Shown: positions 1 to 11,324, counted from the first letter of the stretch. The stretch: 64,000 nucleotides of DNA from Octopus vulgaris (GCA_951406725.2 OX597815.1:13454001-13518000), one strand, 5' to 3'. Notes: a model not told the origin generated them from the sequence alone. Program-made: numbers and translations.

Positions 1-399
1 TTAAACGATATTAATAGCGTTCTGTCTATCGCTACACAAATCCTCATTTTTTGCTAAAACGTCTTATTGACGAGTTTCGTTTTTTTCACTTTCCCGTAGA
101 GAAGATTGCATTGTTTATACCATTTATTCATTTGAATAGTATCAGTGGAATTTTCGAAACATGTGTCAAAAGTAAAAAATATTTGATTTACACCTGCGTT
201 AAACTCCATTTATTTATTCATATATTATTCAAAATATTCCACGTAAACACGAAGTTTCTACCTTTATAAACAAGAAGTTACCATATCTTTACTTGTGAGT
301 TCTTTGCTACCCTGGTAACTATTTATTATTTTTTTTCCGTGTTAATTGTTAACAAGGTAAAAATACACTCATCTACTTATATATATATATATACATATA

Positions 400-648
400 A
401 AATAATAAATGTTAGGGAATAAATCCAAATTTACAGGGAAAAAAATCAGATTTAGGATTAAATCCAATTTTATAGTAAAATATTATAAAATATTATTAGA
501 GACAAAACCACTATTTTGCAAAACAAACAAGGAAAGACTTAATCAATACATAAAATTTTAATAAATAGTCAAAAAAACCGCCACTACAATTGTTTCTTAT
601 CTTGATCGACAATCTTCAGGTGGACTTCCAATAAGTCAGTTTCAAATT
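400..648 (-). mobile_element. TA-flanked non-coding element resembling a Penelope-like pLTR, carrying a hammerhead ribozyme
   Basis: Bounded by (TA)n on both sides and contains the 581-623 hammerhead. Related segments (tagagacaaaaccactatt...gacttaa..caatacataaa; ttaggga..tttacagggaaaaa) recur at about 3920-3990 and 4385-4535. Confidence 0.6.
581..623 (-). ncRNA. Minimal type I hammerhead ribozyme, canonical core
   Basis: Minus strand reads CCAC CUGAAGA UUGUC gaucaa GAUAA GAAA CAAUUG UA GUGG: stem I CCAC/GUGG, stem II UUGUC/GAUAA, palindromic stem III, GUA triplet. Confidence 0.85.
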
Positions 649-804
649 ATATATATATATATATATCTTCCTACATGTCACCTATTCTGTCTTCCTCTCA
701 CACTCTCAGTGCGCGGTGATCCCTTATGAGATTTAAACTCATAAAATATTATTATCATAACTTACAGAAGTGTAAAATTGACACAGCTTAACACATATTC
801 GCTT

Positions 805-808
805 GTAT

Positions 809-891
<83 letters not shown>

Positions 892-921
892 CATATATAT
901 ATATACACGTGTGTGTGTGTG
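805..921. repeat. Compound (CA)n/(TA)n/(TG)n microsatellite, representative of dozens in the window
   Basis: Read directly; explains the HT/YI/VC-repeat ORFs. Confidence 0.95.
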
Positions 922-1167
922 TATACTATAAGTTCGTTTACGGGAAATGTTTTTCCGTGTGCATATATAAACCCCTATTTTCATTATATCGGTTAAGAGC
1001 AGTTTTATGGGATTGTGCCGAAGTGTGCTGGTATAATGTAGGATAAAAAGAAGAATAATGATAGTAAAAATCAATGGATAAAATATAAATATTTTGAACA
1101 AAATTTGAACGCTTTCACTGATGCTTTATAATATTTATGGATTCTATCCATATATTATTGTTATTTT

Positions 1168-1232
1168 TATTATTATTATTATTATTATTATCATTATTAT
1201 TATTAATATTATTATTATTATTATTATTATTA
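1168..1232. repeat. (ATT)n microsatellite at the 3' end of the RLE retroelement
   Basis: Read directly. Confidence 0.95.
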
Positions 1233-1785
1233 TTTTTCAGTAGTTTTATTTTTATAGCGTGCTTTCACTTCACTACCGAGCGCAGCTCTGTGTGCCTTGG
1301 GTATGTGCTGTGATTTGTTGTGATGCTCTGATGGTTATTGTATGGAAAGTGTTCTGCGTAGGATGTGTGCAGTGCCTAGTAGTGCAATTTTCTGTATGTT
1401 ATATGTGTTTGTAAGTCCTGGTGTTTTTGTTATGTATTTGTCTGAATATTTTTTTATCATGTCTAATGCACCTACTATGATAGGAATTGTTTCTGTTTTT
1501 AGATTCCACATTCTGGTTACCTCTATTTCCAGGTCTTTGTATTTTGAGAGTTTCTCCATTTCTTTTAGAAACACGTTGTCATCTGCCGGTATTGATACAT
1601 CAATTAGAAAGCATTTTTTTCTTCATGATCTCTGACAACTATATCTGGTCTGTTGGCCTTAATTTCTCTATCTGTGTGTATCGGCATACCCCAGAGTATG
1701 GTTGCTTTCTCGTTTTCTGTGACCTTTTCTGGTGTGTGCCTATGCCATCTTTTTTCTGTTGTTATTCCATAATGTTATTCCATAA

Positions 1786-1786
<1 letters not shown>
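1233..1786 (-). mobile_element. 5'-truncated RLE-type non-LTR retrotransposon (R4/Dong-like): C-terminal endonuclease and 3' UTR
   Basis: Minus frame RPDIVVRDHEEKKCFLIDVSIP (PD..D) continues into EKLSKYKDLEIEVTRMW..IPIIVGAL..IQKIALLGTAHILRRTL, the typical R4/Dong C-terminus. Sits between (ATT)n arrays. Confidence 0.85.
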
Positions 1787-1854
<68 letters not shown>

Positions 1855-1914
1855 TACTACTATTATTATTATTATTATTATTATTACTATTATTATTTTT
1901 ATTATTACTATTAA

Positions 1915-1950
<36 letters not shown>

Positions 1951-1951
1951 T

Positions 1952-2006
<55 letters not shown>

Positions 2007-2025
2007 TCATTATTATTATAATTAT
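1787..2025. repeat. (ATT)n switching to (AAT)n microsatellite
   Basis: Read directly; source of the poly-I/L/N ORFs. Confidence 0.95.
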
Positions 2026-2035
2026 ACTATATATA

Positions 2036-3286
2036 CGAGGGGGAAACCGGAATTTCGCAATATTATTTTATTCATTTAGCTGTACATGTTTAAACTTTTA
2101 TCGCCTTCAAATAATCTCCATTTGATGCAATGCTTCGTGTTTCCCCTGTTCGAAGAATTTCTGGAACTCTCGTGCATTTTAATGCCTCCGTCATTTTTTT
2201 TCTCATCTCTTCCACATCTGCAAAACGTTTTTAATTCGGGAAGCCGAAAAACAAATGGGAGCAAGCTCACGTGAATACAGATGGTCGGTAAGCGTGATTG
2301 TGTCACTTTTGGTGAAAAAGCTGCCTCACACTGATTGTGGTGTACGCAGGGGCATTGCTGTGATGAAACCACTACTCCCCACTTTACCACAGGTCGTGAC
2401 ATTTTCGTCTCGCCACGTCTCGCAAACCCTTCAGAACCGCCAAGTAAAATGCATATTTAATAGTTTGACCAGGAAGAACAATTTCTGTGTGGACAATTCC
2501 TTTCGCATCGATGAAACAACAGGCACCGTTTTGGCATTGGACACCGTTTTGCGCGCTTTTAGTGTCTTGAATGCTGCTTCATTTCAGGGTTGTATTCGTA
2601 ACTGCAGCTTTCGTCACCAATGAAGATTATCGAATAATCGTCCAGATCCTATTCTAACTGTTCTTTCAGTTCACTACACGCATTCAGTTCTGACTGTTTT
2701 ATTTTTTTTCGTTTTTGCTTTTTTTACTTTACGTGAGAAAGTGAGACACACGCTATGCTGCAACTCTGTTTATTCGCAATTCCACGCTCAAAATTCATTG
2801 GCAGGAACTCGACGACAAACCAGTCATATCTACAATTTAGTCAATTGTTCAGCGAAGGTCCTACAAGATCGGTTCGCGAATTTTCATACTTTAATTCGTT
2901 CTGGCGTGCGGCATTCACCCTGAACGAGATTGTTCTTCAAGTGTCGGGGAACCATTCTTAATGCCTGAAAAGCACCCGCGAATTGCATTTGGCTCATGCT
3001 AGTGTCCTTGTAAGCTGTTTGAAGCATGACAACGGCTTTGGTCGCAGTTTTCTCCAGCAAAAAAACAGAATTTCACGGAAGCACACTGCTCCTTCGTTTC
3101 AGGCATAGCAAATACCCATGAACATTGGAGAAACACTGCATCACGGAGCAGTACAACTGCACATGATGACACAGGTCGGCAGACTGATTCTCGAGAGTCG
3201 CATCTGGTGGTGTCATGCAGCGGAGGTCTGAACGTCAAGTCGCTTATCTCACAGAGGTTTCCTGTTACTTTTCGCTGCCCCTTCAA
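2036..3286 (-). mobile_element. Decayed full-span mariner (Tc1/mariner) transposon, about 1.25 kb
   Basis: Minus-strand remnants MPETKEQCASVKFCF, RVAA*RVSH (VAAKFVP-like), FIGDESC (ITGDESW-like) and WFHHSNAPAY (HHDNAPAH-like), with stops and frameshifts. Degenerate ends TA-cgagggg / ccccttcaa-TA. Confidence 0.85.
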
Positions 3287-3309
3287 TATATATATATATA
3301 TATATATAA

Positions 3310-3570
3310 ATTGAATGGAGACAAGAAGTGGAACGAACCGACAAATCGAAACGAACCTGACGCGGGGCGCTGTCAGACAATAATGTGATAATTAAAACTA
3401 TATGCATACATACAAGCATATATGTACGTACATACATCTACATGTATATATACATGCATATAATGTACTTACGTATATTTATTTATATATGCATGTATAT
3501 ATACGTGTAGATGTAGGTGCGTACATATATGTTTGTATGTATGCATATATTTTTAATTATCACATTATAT
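3310..3570. repeat. Tail-out inverted pair of the 3' end of repeat family E
   Basis: About 3381-3460 is the reverse complement of about 3487-3568. The sequence matches 41620-41770 and 42430-42590. Confidence 0.75.
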
Positions 3571-3676
3571 ATATATATATAATTTATATATAGAGAGCAT
3601 TATTATACATACATCCCACACGCTAATATATATATTGGAAGAGAGCGAGAGAGTAAAATATGTTTCCCAACGCAAT

Positions 3677-3800
3677 CTGGCAGTCCTGATTTAACAATGC
3701 TACTCTATCCTTTAGCCCTAGAAAAACATATTTTTTCGGATGGCTATCGACTGTGTCCTTATACCTAAAACAAAGGGTGGTAATGTCCCCACTCAGCTTG
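3677..3800 (+). repeat. Dispersed repeat family F; other copies at about 4143-4272 and 19415-19535
   Basis: Shared ggcagtcc..atgctact..tagcccc.agaaaacat..ggcta..ctgtgtcctt; the first two copies also end in taatgtcc.cactc. Confidence 0.7.
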
Positions 3801-3887
3801 TAACGGTACTTGCGGACTATGGCTTCTGGATTATTTCCGTTTATCGGCACAGGAAAAACGTTGGTTACAGATGTCAGATGCTCGAAG

Positions 3888-3919
<32 letters not shown>

Positions 3920-4273
3920 TAAATTAGAGACAAAACCACTATTATGCAAATCAAACAAAGAAAGACTTAAGCCAATACATAAAATAATTTATAGAAATAT
4001 AGAAATTTAACAATTATAAGTTATACAATTATAAATTATATATACATAAAATGACATGAAGAGGAAAACGATTACTTTTAAATCTCTAAGCGAGAAGCAA
4101 GCAATAACGGTACTACAGCTTAAAGTCTATTTTCAAACCTAAAGTGGCAGTCCTGATTAGGACGATGTTACTAGCTTGTCTAGCCCCAAGAAAACATGCT
4201 CTCTAGCTGGCTACCGACACACAACTGTGTGTCCTTGTCGCTCTAACAAGGGAGCTAATGTCCTCACTCTGCC

Positions 4274-4318
<45 letters not shown>

Positions 4319-4341
4319 TTCACACACACACACATATATAG

Positions 4342-4389
<48 letters not shown>

Positions 4390-4631
4390 TATTAGGGAGT
4401 AATATTCACAAACTTACAGGGAAAAATTAAATCAAATTTCACAGTTTAAATATGTAAAATATGAGATATGAATTCGAGATAAAACAAACATTATGCAGCT
4501 CAAACAGTGATAGACATAAACCAATACATAAATATCAAATAATATATATCATTAATATAATATATAATATATATATATATATTTTTTTTTGGCAAAATAG
4601 TGGTTTTATTTCTAATTCATATTATATATAC

Positions 4632-4693
<62 letters not shown>

Positions 4694-4716
4694 GTATATA
4701 TATATTCTCACCTATA

Positions 4717-4769
<53 letters not shown>

Positions 4770-6104
4770 GTAGATAAATACACAGAGATACAGATCTATA
4801 TATCTATATATAGATGCGTGTGCATGTGTGTGTCTATGTGTGTGAGTGTTCATGATATATATGTGTGTGTGTGTGCGTGTGCCTTCGAAGTGCACATGAC
4901 CATAATTTGATCAACACCTCCACGCATATATATACTCAGACAACATAGTTTTGACCGCTGTTTCTTGTCAGACTAATATTCCACTCACACTGAAACCTAA
5001 CAATTTCCTTTCGCAGACATTCTAAGAAATGCGTTATTACACTTTGAAATTTATTGCAACCATTTTCTTTTCGCTATCGGAATGTTCGTAGCTTGTTGTT
5101 AAACATGAAGACCTAGTGTAAAGTTTCCTACAGTTTGTAGCTTTTATCTATGTATTTTCTTTTTTCTGTGTATATTTTAATATACGTCCTTCTTGTGACA
5201 GACTCTTTTTTCTTATTCTTCATATTTCTTCTTTGATTTTCGAGCAAAATACTTCAGATGTTGTTTGTCATTGAGATGGAAATGTGAAGCCGTTTCAGTT
5301 TCCTATTAAGTCTTGTCATCTAACACATGATTTTTTACATCATCACTTAAATATATGTGCTTGTGCTTAGTCACAAGAAACCTCCTGTGCCACGTATGCA
5401 TATATGATTCCCGGTTGCATTTCTAGGCTATCTCACTGTCATCATTGTCGATAAATATTCTTTTCCTGCGCCTCTTTTATTCCCTCTGCCTCTCATGAGT
5501 ATTTGTAAAAAAAAAAAAAGAACCCCCTTTTCAATACTCATACATCAACACAGCGGCTATAGTTAAATTTTATAACATCGTGTTGAACAGTTAGGAAAGA
5601 ACTGGCTCTATGGACAATGTTTCTCATTTGCAAGTCAAATATTCTGCTTGACCGCCGTCGATGTTACATTTTTGCTTAAACAAGAATAGTAAACTCAGGC
5701 CCATGATATTTTACACTGCGTAATTTATTCTTATAAATAATACACCACACAAAACGGCATGTACCTGTTGCCGTCTTCTTACAAGTATCTTAACATTATA
5801 TTGTAGCATATTTTTGACACGTTGAAAGAAAAAACGCGAGAATTTAGCACTTGTGTGCATCACTACAGGTGTGGAAGCAAATTCCAAGACCTATATCAGG
5901 TTCACTTTGCTGAATAAAATGCCCAGCATAGTATTAAGGGGAATATACATGCTTACTATATAATTAAATTTGACCCCGCTCCAATTTAACTCCACACCCT
6001 TATGAATTTTCTTAGCAGAATTACTGAATTTTGCCTTAGATTATGTTATTGAAATTACTCGGAATCGCAGAAGCAAACTAATGGGTCCGAAATCTCCCGA
6101 AACA

Positions 6105-6292
6105 AAGGCGGCACGCCGGGCAAAATGCTTAGTAGTATTTCGTCTGTCTTTACGTCCTAAGTTCAAATTCCACCTAGGCCGACTTTGCCTTTCATCCTTT
6201 CGGATTAAGTACCAGTCGCGTACTGGAGACAATCTAATCGACTGGTCTCCTACCCGGAAATTTCGAGACTTGTGCCTAGAGTAGAAAAGAAT
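6105..6292 (+). mobile_element. tRNA-derived SINE family A, tail type 2
   Basis: gcacgccgggcaaaatgcttag..gttcaaattcc (B box)..gactttgcctttcatcctttcg..gcctagagtagaaaagaata. Confidence 0.85.
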
Positions 6293-6719
6293 ATAAAAAT
6301 ATGCAGCTATGTACCTACACCAGCATGTGCTGTTTGGTTTATGGTTATTAAGAAAGTTGAAAGAAATATTAGTGTTTTGTGTTTATATTTTCGACTAGAG
6401 AAAAAGTATTTTTCCGTGGTTCTCAACGAGCCATCATCTTCTAACATATCGGAGTTCGATTCCTCTCGAACCTCTGCAAGTCAACAACAACAAAATATAG
6501 AAAGAATTGAAAAGGAATATAATTCTAGAGGAGCCGTGATAGATTCGTGCAGAAGGAGTGATTGTTTCTATTAGTGCGGGTTATGAATGTATCGGGGGAC
6601 ATAAAAGATGATAAAAGAAGAGAAGATAAATTGGGTTTGTAAATGCCTTGTGGGTGACACTATTAATATCAGATCCGAAGAACAGAGATCCCTCTTGAAA
6701 CATTAGAAATGGGTGAGGT

Positions 6720-6880
6720 CTTTACGTTCGGAGATTAAATTCTGCTAAGATCTACTTTGCTTTTCATCCCTTCGGGAGCGATAAAGTCGGAAACACAAGT
6801 GTCACTTAAACACTTGGGTCGATGTAATCGACTATCCAACTGACAAAATTTCAGGCCTAGTCATTATAGTAGAAAGAAAT
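6720..6880 (+). mobile_element. SINE family A fragment, decayed
   Basis: tacgttcggagattaaattc..actttgcttttcatcccttcgg..gggtcgatgtaatcgact..tagtagaaagaaat. Confidence 0.75.
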
Positions 6881-8074
6881 GTAAGAAATCGATGTCTAAT
6901 AGAAAAGAAAAATACCTGCGTTGGCCAAATTTTGTTGTAGTTTTGTGAACGACTTCAATATTTGGAGTTACTTATCCTTCAATATAGTTCTGAATATATG
7001 TATATCACATGTTCAAATATTTTAGATCTAGTGTGTTGCTTTATTATTCTTGGATTAAGTAATATCTGACCCTGCAGGAAAAGTGGCAGATCCCATATTA
7101 CGATGCATTTTTTTGGCCGCTTTAGGAATGCGGGGATCACTACCAGCATGGCTGGCCTTCACTTTGGTGCTCATTCGTGTTATTGGTTAGACTATGTCAC
7201 AGTAAGTATTACCCTGATGAAGCAGACATGTAACAAAATAAAGACACCTTGAAACTTTAAGTATTTTGTATACCTAATCTTATTTTAACCAATCTTTCTT
7301 GCTTTTTAATGTATATCTAGCTGCTTAAGGCACGTTATCATGCAGGTTCTTATCCTCGCTATAAATACTATCTGAATTTCAGTAGGAGGAACAATAACTG
7401 GTGGTGCTGTCTACACCTTTCCTACGGCTATAGCACACATGTGAATTTAAAGAATATATTTTTATTTTTTCGCTTTACTTACAATTTTTATCAAAATGAA
7501 TTTCTTCTGTAGTGACTCTCGAATAATCTGAATAAAAAATGTGTATCTCATTTTCCCACACTCATTGATAGTGGTAGATATATAGACACATAAAAGAATG
7601 CAGAAGCACACTCCAACACACAGAGTAATACTCATAAATTTATCGACAAAATTGAAGTCCAAAATATACAAACATCGACAAACACCCTACGGTGTATGCG
7701 CAGAAATAAATATTCATAGACACGCTGACATGAAAAAATACCTTACAGATACAAAGGAAAGCTGGCTATTTGACAATCGTTATGTGTTTTTTCTTACACG
7801 GTAGCTTCAATCTCCATTTTCAAAAAGCGCCTTTACTGGTTAGGAGAAATGGGTTCTTTTCCATAAATGTAAGCGTTCTCATCAGGGGATTAGCCGCAGG
7901 AAGACCAGTTCAGGATTAAAGAAAATGCTTTCTTCCAAAAGAAATCATACTGAATGCATGATATAATATCTAACGGATTATCCAATATCATGTGGAGGAG
8001 AATAATTAGACAATAGATCATGATGTGTGTTGGCAGCAACATCGACTTTTAAAAGATGTTTTGAAGTGTAAATA

Positions 8075-8125
<51 letters not shown>

Positions 8126-8222
8126 CGGGAAGCTTTATGAAAATAGACAAAAGACGAAGGCAGGTGGAAAACAAACAAACAATTGTATTAGTATGGCGCT
8201 CAGGAAATATAAATAAAACAAG

Positions 8223-8260
8223 TCTTTAACGTTTCGAGCCTACGCTCTTCAACAGAAAGA
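8223..8260 (-). ncRNA. Minimal hammerhead-like motif (position 6 = U) in a TA-anchored element starting at about 8125
   Basis: Minus strand reads UCUUU CUGUUGA a GAGC guag GCUC GAAA CG UU AAAGA. Confidence 0.65.
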
Positions 8261-8416
8261 TACACAGAGATAAAAAAAACACGGAAAGAAGGAGAGAAAA
8301 AAATGCGTGCAGTAACTAACGAATCAACATGGCGATCTGATTTCGGCCAGAGGTCAAAGATCAAACATGAGACGCGAGAGCGAAATAAGGGGAGATAATA
8401 GGGTTGAATGACCAGC

Positions 8417-8640
8417 TATTAGTGCGTAGGAGGGGTCTGGGCGTGTGTATGTATAGGGTTGGTGTATGTATTAGTATGTATTAGTATGTATAAGGGTGTG
8501 TGTGTGTATGAGAGAGTATTAGTGCGTAGGATAGGTCTGGACAGGCGTATGTATGGGGTTGGTGTATGTATTAGTATGTATTAGTATGTATTAGTACGTA
8601 TTAGTATGTATAAGTGTGTGTGTGTGTGTATGAGAGAGTA
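8417..8640. repeat. Two tandem units of about 100-120 bp containing (tattagtatg)n
   Basis: tattagtgcgtagga..gtctgg..gggttggtgtatg repeated at about 8417 and 8517. Confidence 0.85.
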
Positions 8641-8657
8641 TAAGTGACTAACTAGAT

Positions 8658-8814
8658 ATCTTAATAATTACGATGCGCACTCTTCTCCCATCACATCTCT
8701 GTCTATCCATCTTTTTTGTTCTTTTTTCGTTTCTGGTTTTCTCTTCCATCCTTTACCTATTCTTTTCCTATCCCCTTCACCGTTCCCTTCCCTCTCTCTC
8801 CTTCTTTCTCTCTC

Positions 8815-8871
<57 letters not shown>

Positions 8872-9460
8872 ATTCCACATTGACTCTCTCGTCGCTGGCA
8901 GGTGACGAAAGGCGATCTATTTTCATTCTTCCATTTCCTTCAGAAAGACAGGTGTTTTTACGTGTCTCTTCTCATAGCTCGTCTTTCCAGCGTTCATTAT
9001 ATATTTTTTTACATCGTCTTGGCTTAACAACCCTCACCGTTTGTTTTAATTGTCTTGTTCTCATTGTCCTGTTTTTGTTACCACTTTCACCCTCCGCAAA
9101 AAATCCCAAATTTTATTTAATTTGCTTTGCGGGAGGCACTGTTTAAACGAAGTCGTGTATTGTCCTTATCTTCGTAAAGCGGAGTATACGAAATAGGGAC
9201 AAATGATGAAAATGAATGGTCTTTATGTCGCATGTCTCGTTTCTCTGCTACTTTTTTTCGTTGTTCGAAAAAAGTTCGTTTCCTATGTTTTGTTTTTATG
9301 TTTTCGTTTTCTCATTGTGTCTACGTTTTTTGATGTCCTGTACCCATATATGCATGTATATATATGTAATTATATACATATATGTGTGTATGCATATATT
9401 TGTATATTTTATAAATATGTATATATATGTAATTATATGTATATATATATATATATATAT
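8658..9460 (+). mobile_element. Non-coding repeat family E, copy A, with a structured RNA motif at 9091-9240
   Basis: Colinear with 60960-61680 (reverse) from tcttaataattac to gatgtcctgtaccc, and with about 41800-42605. Confidence 0.75.
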
Positions 9461-9575
9461 ATGCAATTATAAAGTTAATCCAACCATGAAAACACAAAGA
9501 GAATACACAGCAATGCGAGGACGTTGAACTAGTATAGTGTTATTAAACGCTCAGGAAAGGAAGGAAAGAAGGAGG

Positions 9576-9610
9576 ATTCAACGTTTCGAGCGGAGCTTTT
9601 CGCCAGAAAC
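9576..9610 (-). ncRNA. Degenerate minimal hammerhead (position 6 = G) in a TA-flanked element at about 9470-9690
   Basis: Minus strand reads GUUU CUGGCGA aa AGC ucc GCU c GAAA CG UU GAAU. A truncated relative of the host element is at about 62437-62530. Confidence 0.55.
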
Positions 9611-9697
9611 ATAGGAAAAGGAAAGATCCAAAGAAGGAAACAGGGAGGAAAAAATCGCCAGCGGTACACACGCGGTCACATTTTGAATATATATAAT

Positions 9698-9733
<36 letters not shown>

Positions 9734-9734
<1 letters not shown>

Positions 9735-10115
9735 CTATATATAAACGGCAGTTTGTCTGTGCGTGTTTCTGTGTGTCTGTTTTCTCGTACCCTCACCCTG
9801 ACCACGGCTTTCAACCGATTCTGATGAAACTTGACACACACATAGCCCAATGTCATAATTCAAAACTAACGCAGCGAAAATTTTGAAAAGTTAACCCCAG
9901 TTCTGAAAAAAATCGATAAATTCGACATGGGGTCGAGAATAAAAAAAAACAAACCACAGACTGTCTAGGGGACGCAACTCAACCTTTTTTTACTCTCAAA
10001 AAAAAATTTACTATAATTTTTTTCCATTTTTTTGCTATTTTTTGGCTATAACTCTCTAAAAATGCTTTATAGTTATTTCCCTTACAAACCTGAGCAACGC
10101 CGGGCGATACTGCTA

Positions 10116-10116
<1 letters not shown>
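9734..10116 (+). mobile_element. Non-autonomous Helitron, 383 bp
   Basis: A|TC 5' start, subterminal hairpin cctgagcaacgccggg (10089-10104) and CTAG|T 3' end. Confidence 0.85.
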
Positions 10117-10192
<76 letters not shown>

Positions 10193-10461
10193 CATATGTA
10201 TATATATATGTATGTTCATATATATGTGTATATATGTTTATAGATAGATAGATAAGTATTTGCAGCATATGAATATTGAAGCTCTTATCAAGTTAAGTTT
10301 AGTTTGTCTCACAAAATCTTCGTCATTATAACCATCATGTTAAATTGCATAATCAAACTTGTTGACACAGGTAAATTGGATTTTTACTGAAAATTTGTAT
10401 CGTGATTTCTATTTTATAATGTTGACGAAGCTTCTCCTGTATGGATCACTTATAATTCTTA

Positions 10462-10859
10462 TTCTTTTCTAGTCTAGGCCCAAGCTCCGAAATTTAGGGG
10501 AGGGGGCCAGTCGATCAGGTCGACCTCAGTACGCAACTGGTATTTAATTTATCGAACCCGGAATGATGGAAGGCGATGTCGACATCGGCAGAATTTGAAC
10601 TCAGAACGTAATAACAGACGAAAAACCCATTTCTTTACTACCCACAAGGGGCTAAACACAGAGAGGACAAACAAGGACAGACAAACGGATTAAGTCGATT
10701 ACATCGACATCAGTGCGAAACAGGTACCTAATTTATCGACTCCGAAAGGATGAAAGGCAAAGTCGACCTCGGTGGAATTTGAACTCAGAACGTCAAGGCA
10801 GACGAAATACAGCTACGCATTTCGCCCGGCGTGCTAACGATTCAGCCAGCTCACCGCCG
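10462..10859 (-). mobile_element. SINE family A tandem: full copy plus headless copy
   Basis: Full copy at 10630-10859 with tail type 1, joined to a headless unit with tail type 2. Confidence 0.9.
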
Positions 10860-11003
10860 TGACTATACTTATTATTGTTGGTGTAATGTTTACAGGTGAT
10901 AATTTGTCACTGATATTTTTTGGTTGCGTTTAGTCAGTTCAGGGGAGGGGATTCTAGAAGCGTCTTTTGATCAAAAGTCTGATAATGTGTGTGTGTGTAT
11001 ATA

Positions 11004-11061
<58 letters not shown>

Positions 11062-11087
11062 TTTTATGTATATATATACTTGTATTG

Positions 11088-11252
11088 TTTGATTTGATCT
11101 TGATTTTTCCAGTTTCAGCTAATGTGCTGTGGACATGCTGGGGCACCGCAATATATATAAGTAAAACCATGTAGCAACACCAAATGGCGGTGCCCCAGCA
11201 TGGCCACAGCTCATGAGCTGAAACTAGAATCAATCAATCAATCAATCAATCA
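11088..11252. repeat. Tail-out inverted pair of LINE/SINE 3' ends
   Basis: agtttcagct..gctgtggacatgctggggcaccgc versus gcggtgccccagcatggccacagctcatgagctgaaact, followed by (tcaa)n. Confidence 0.8.
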
Positions 11253-11272
11253 TATATATATATATATAGTTT

Positions 11273-11324
<52 letters not shown>

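Noticed and set aside
739-2125. Long ORFs with YI, HT, poly-I/L/N tracts here and throughout the window
   Set aside because: Translations of stop-free microsatellites.
7213-7235. CTGATGA word as a hammerhead
   Set aside because: No stem II, GAAA or matching stem I.
9820-9832. CTGATGAAAC as a hammerhead
   Set aside because: No stem II; part of the Helitron internal sequence.
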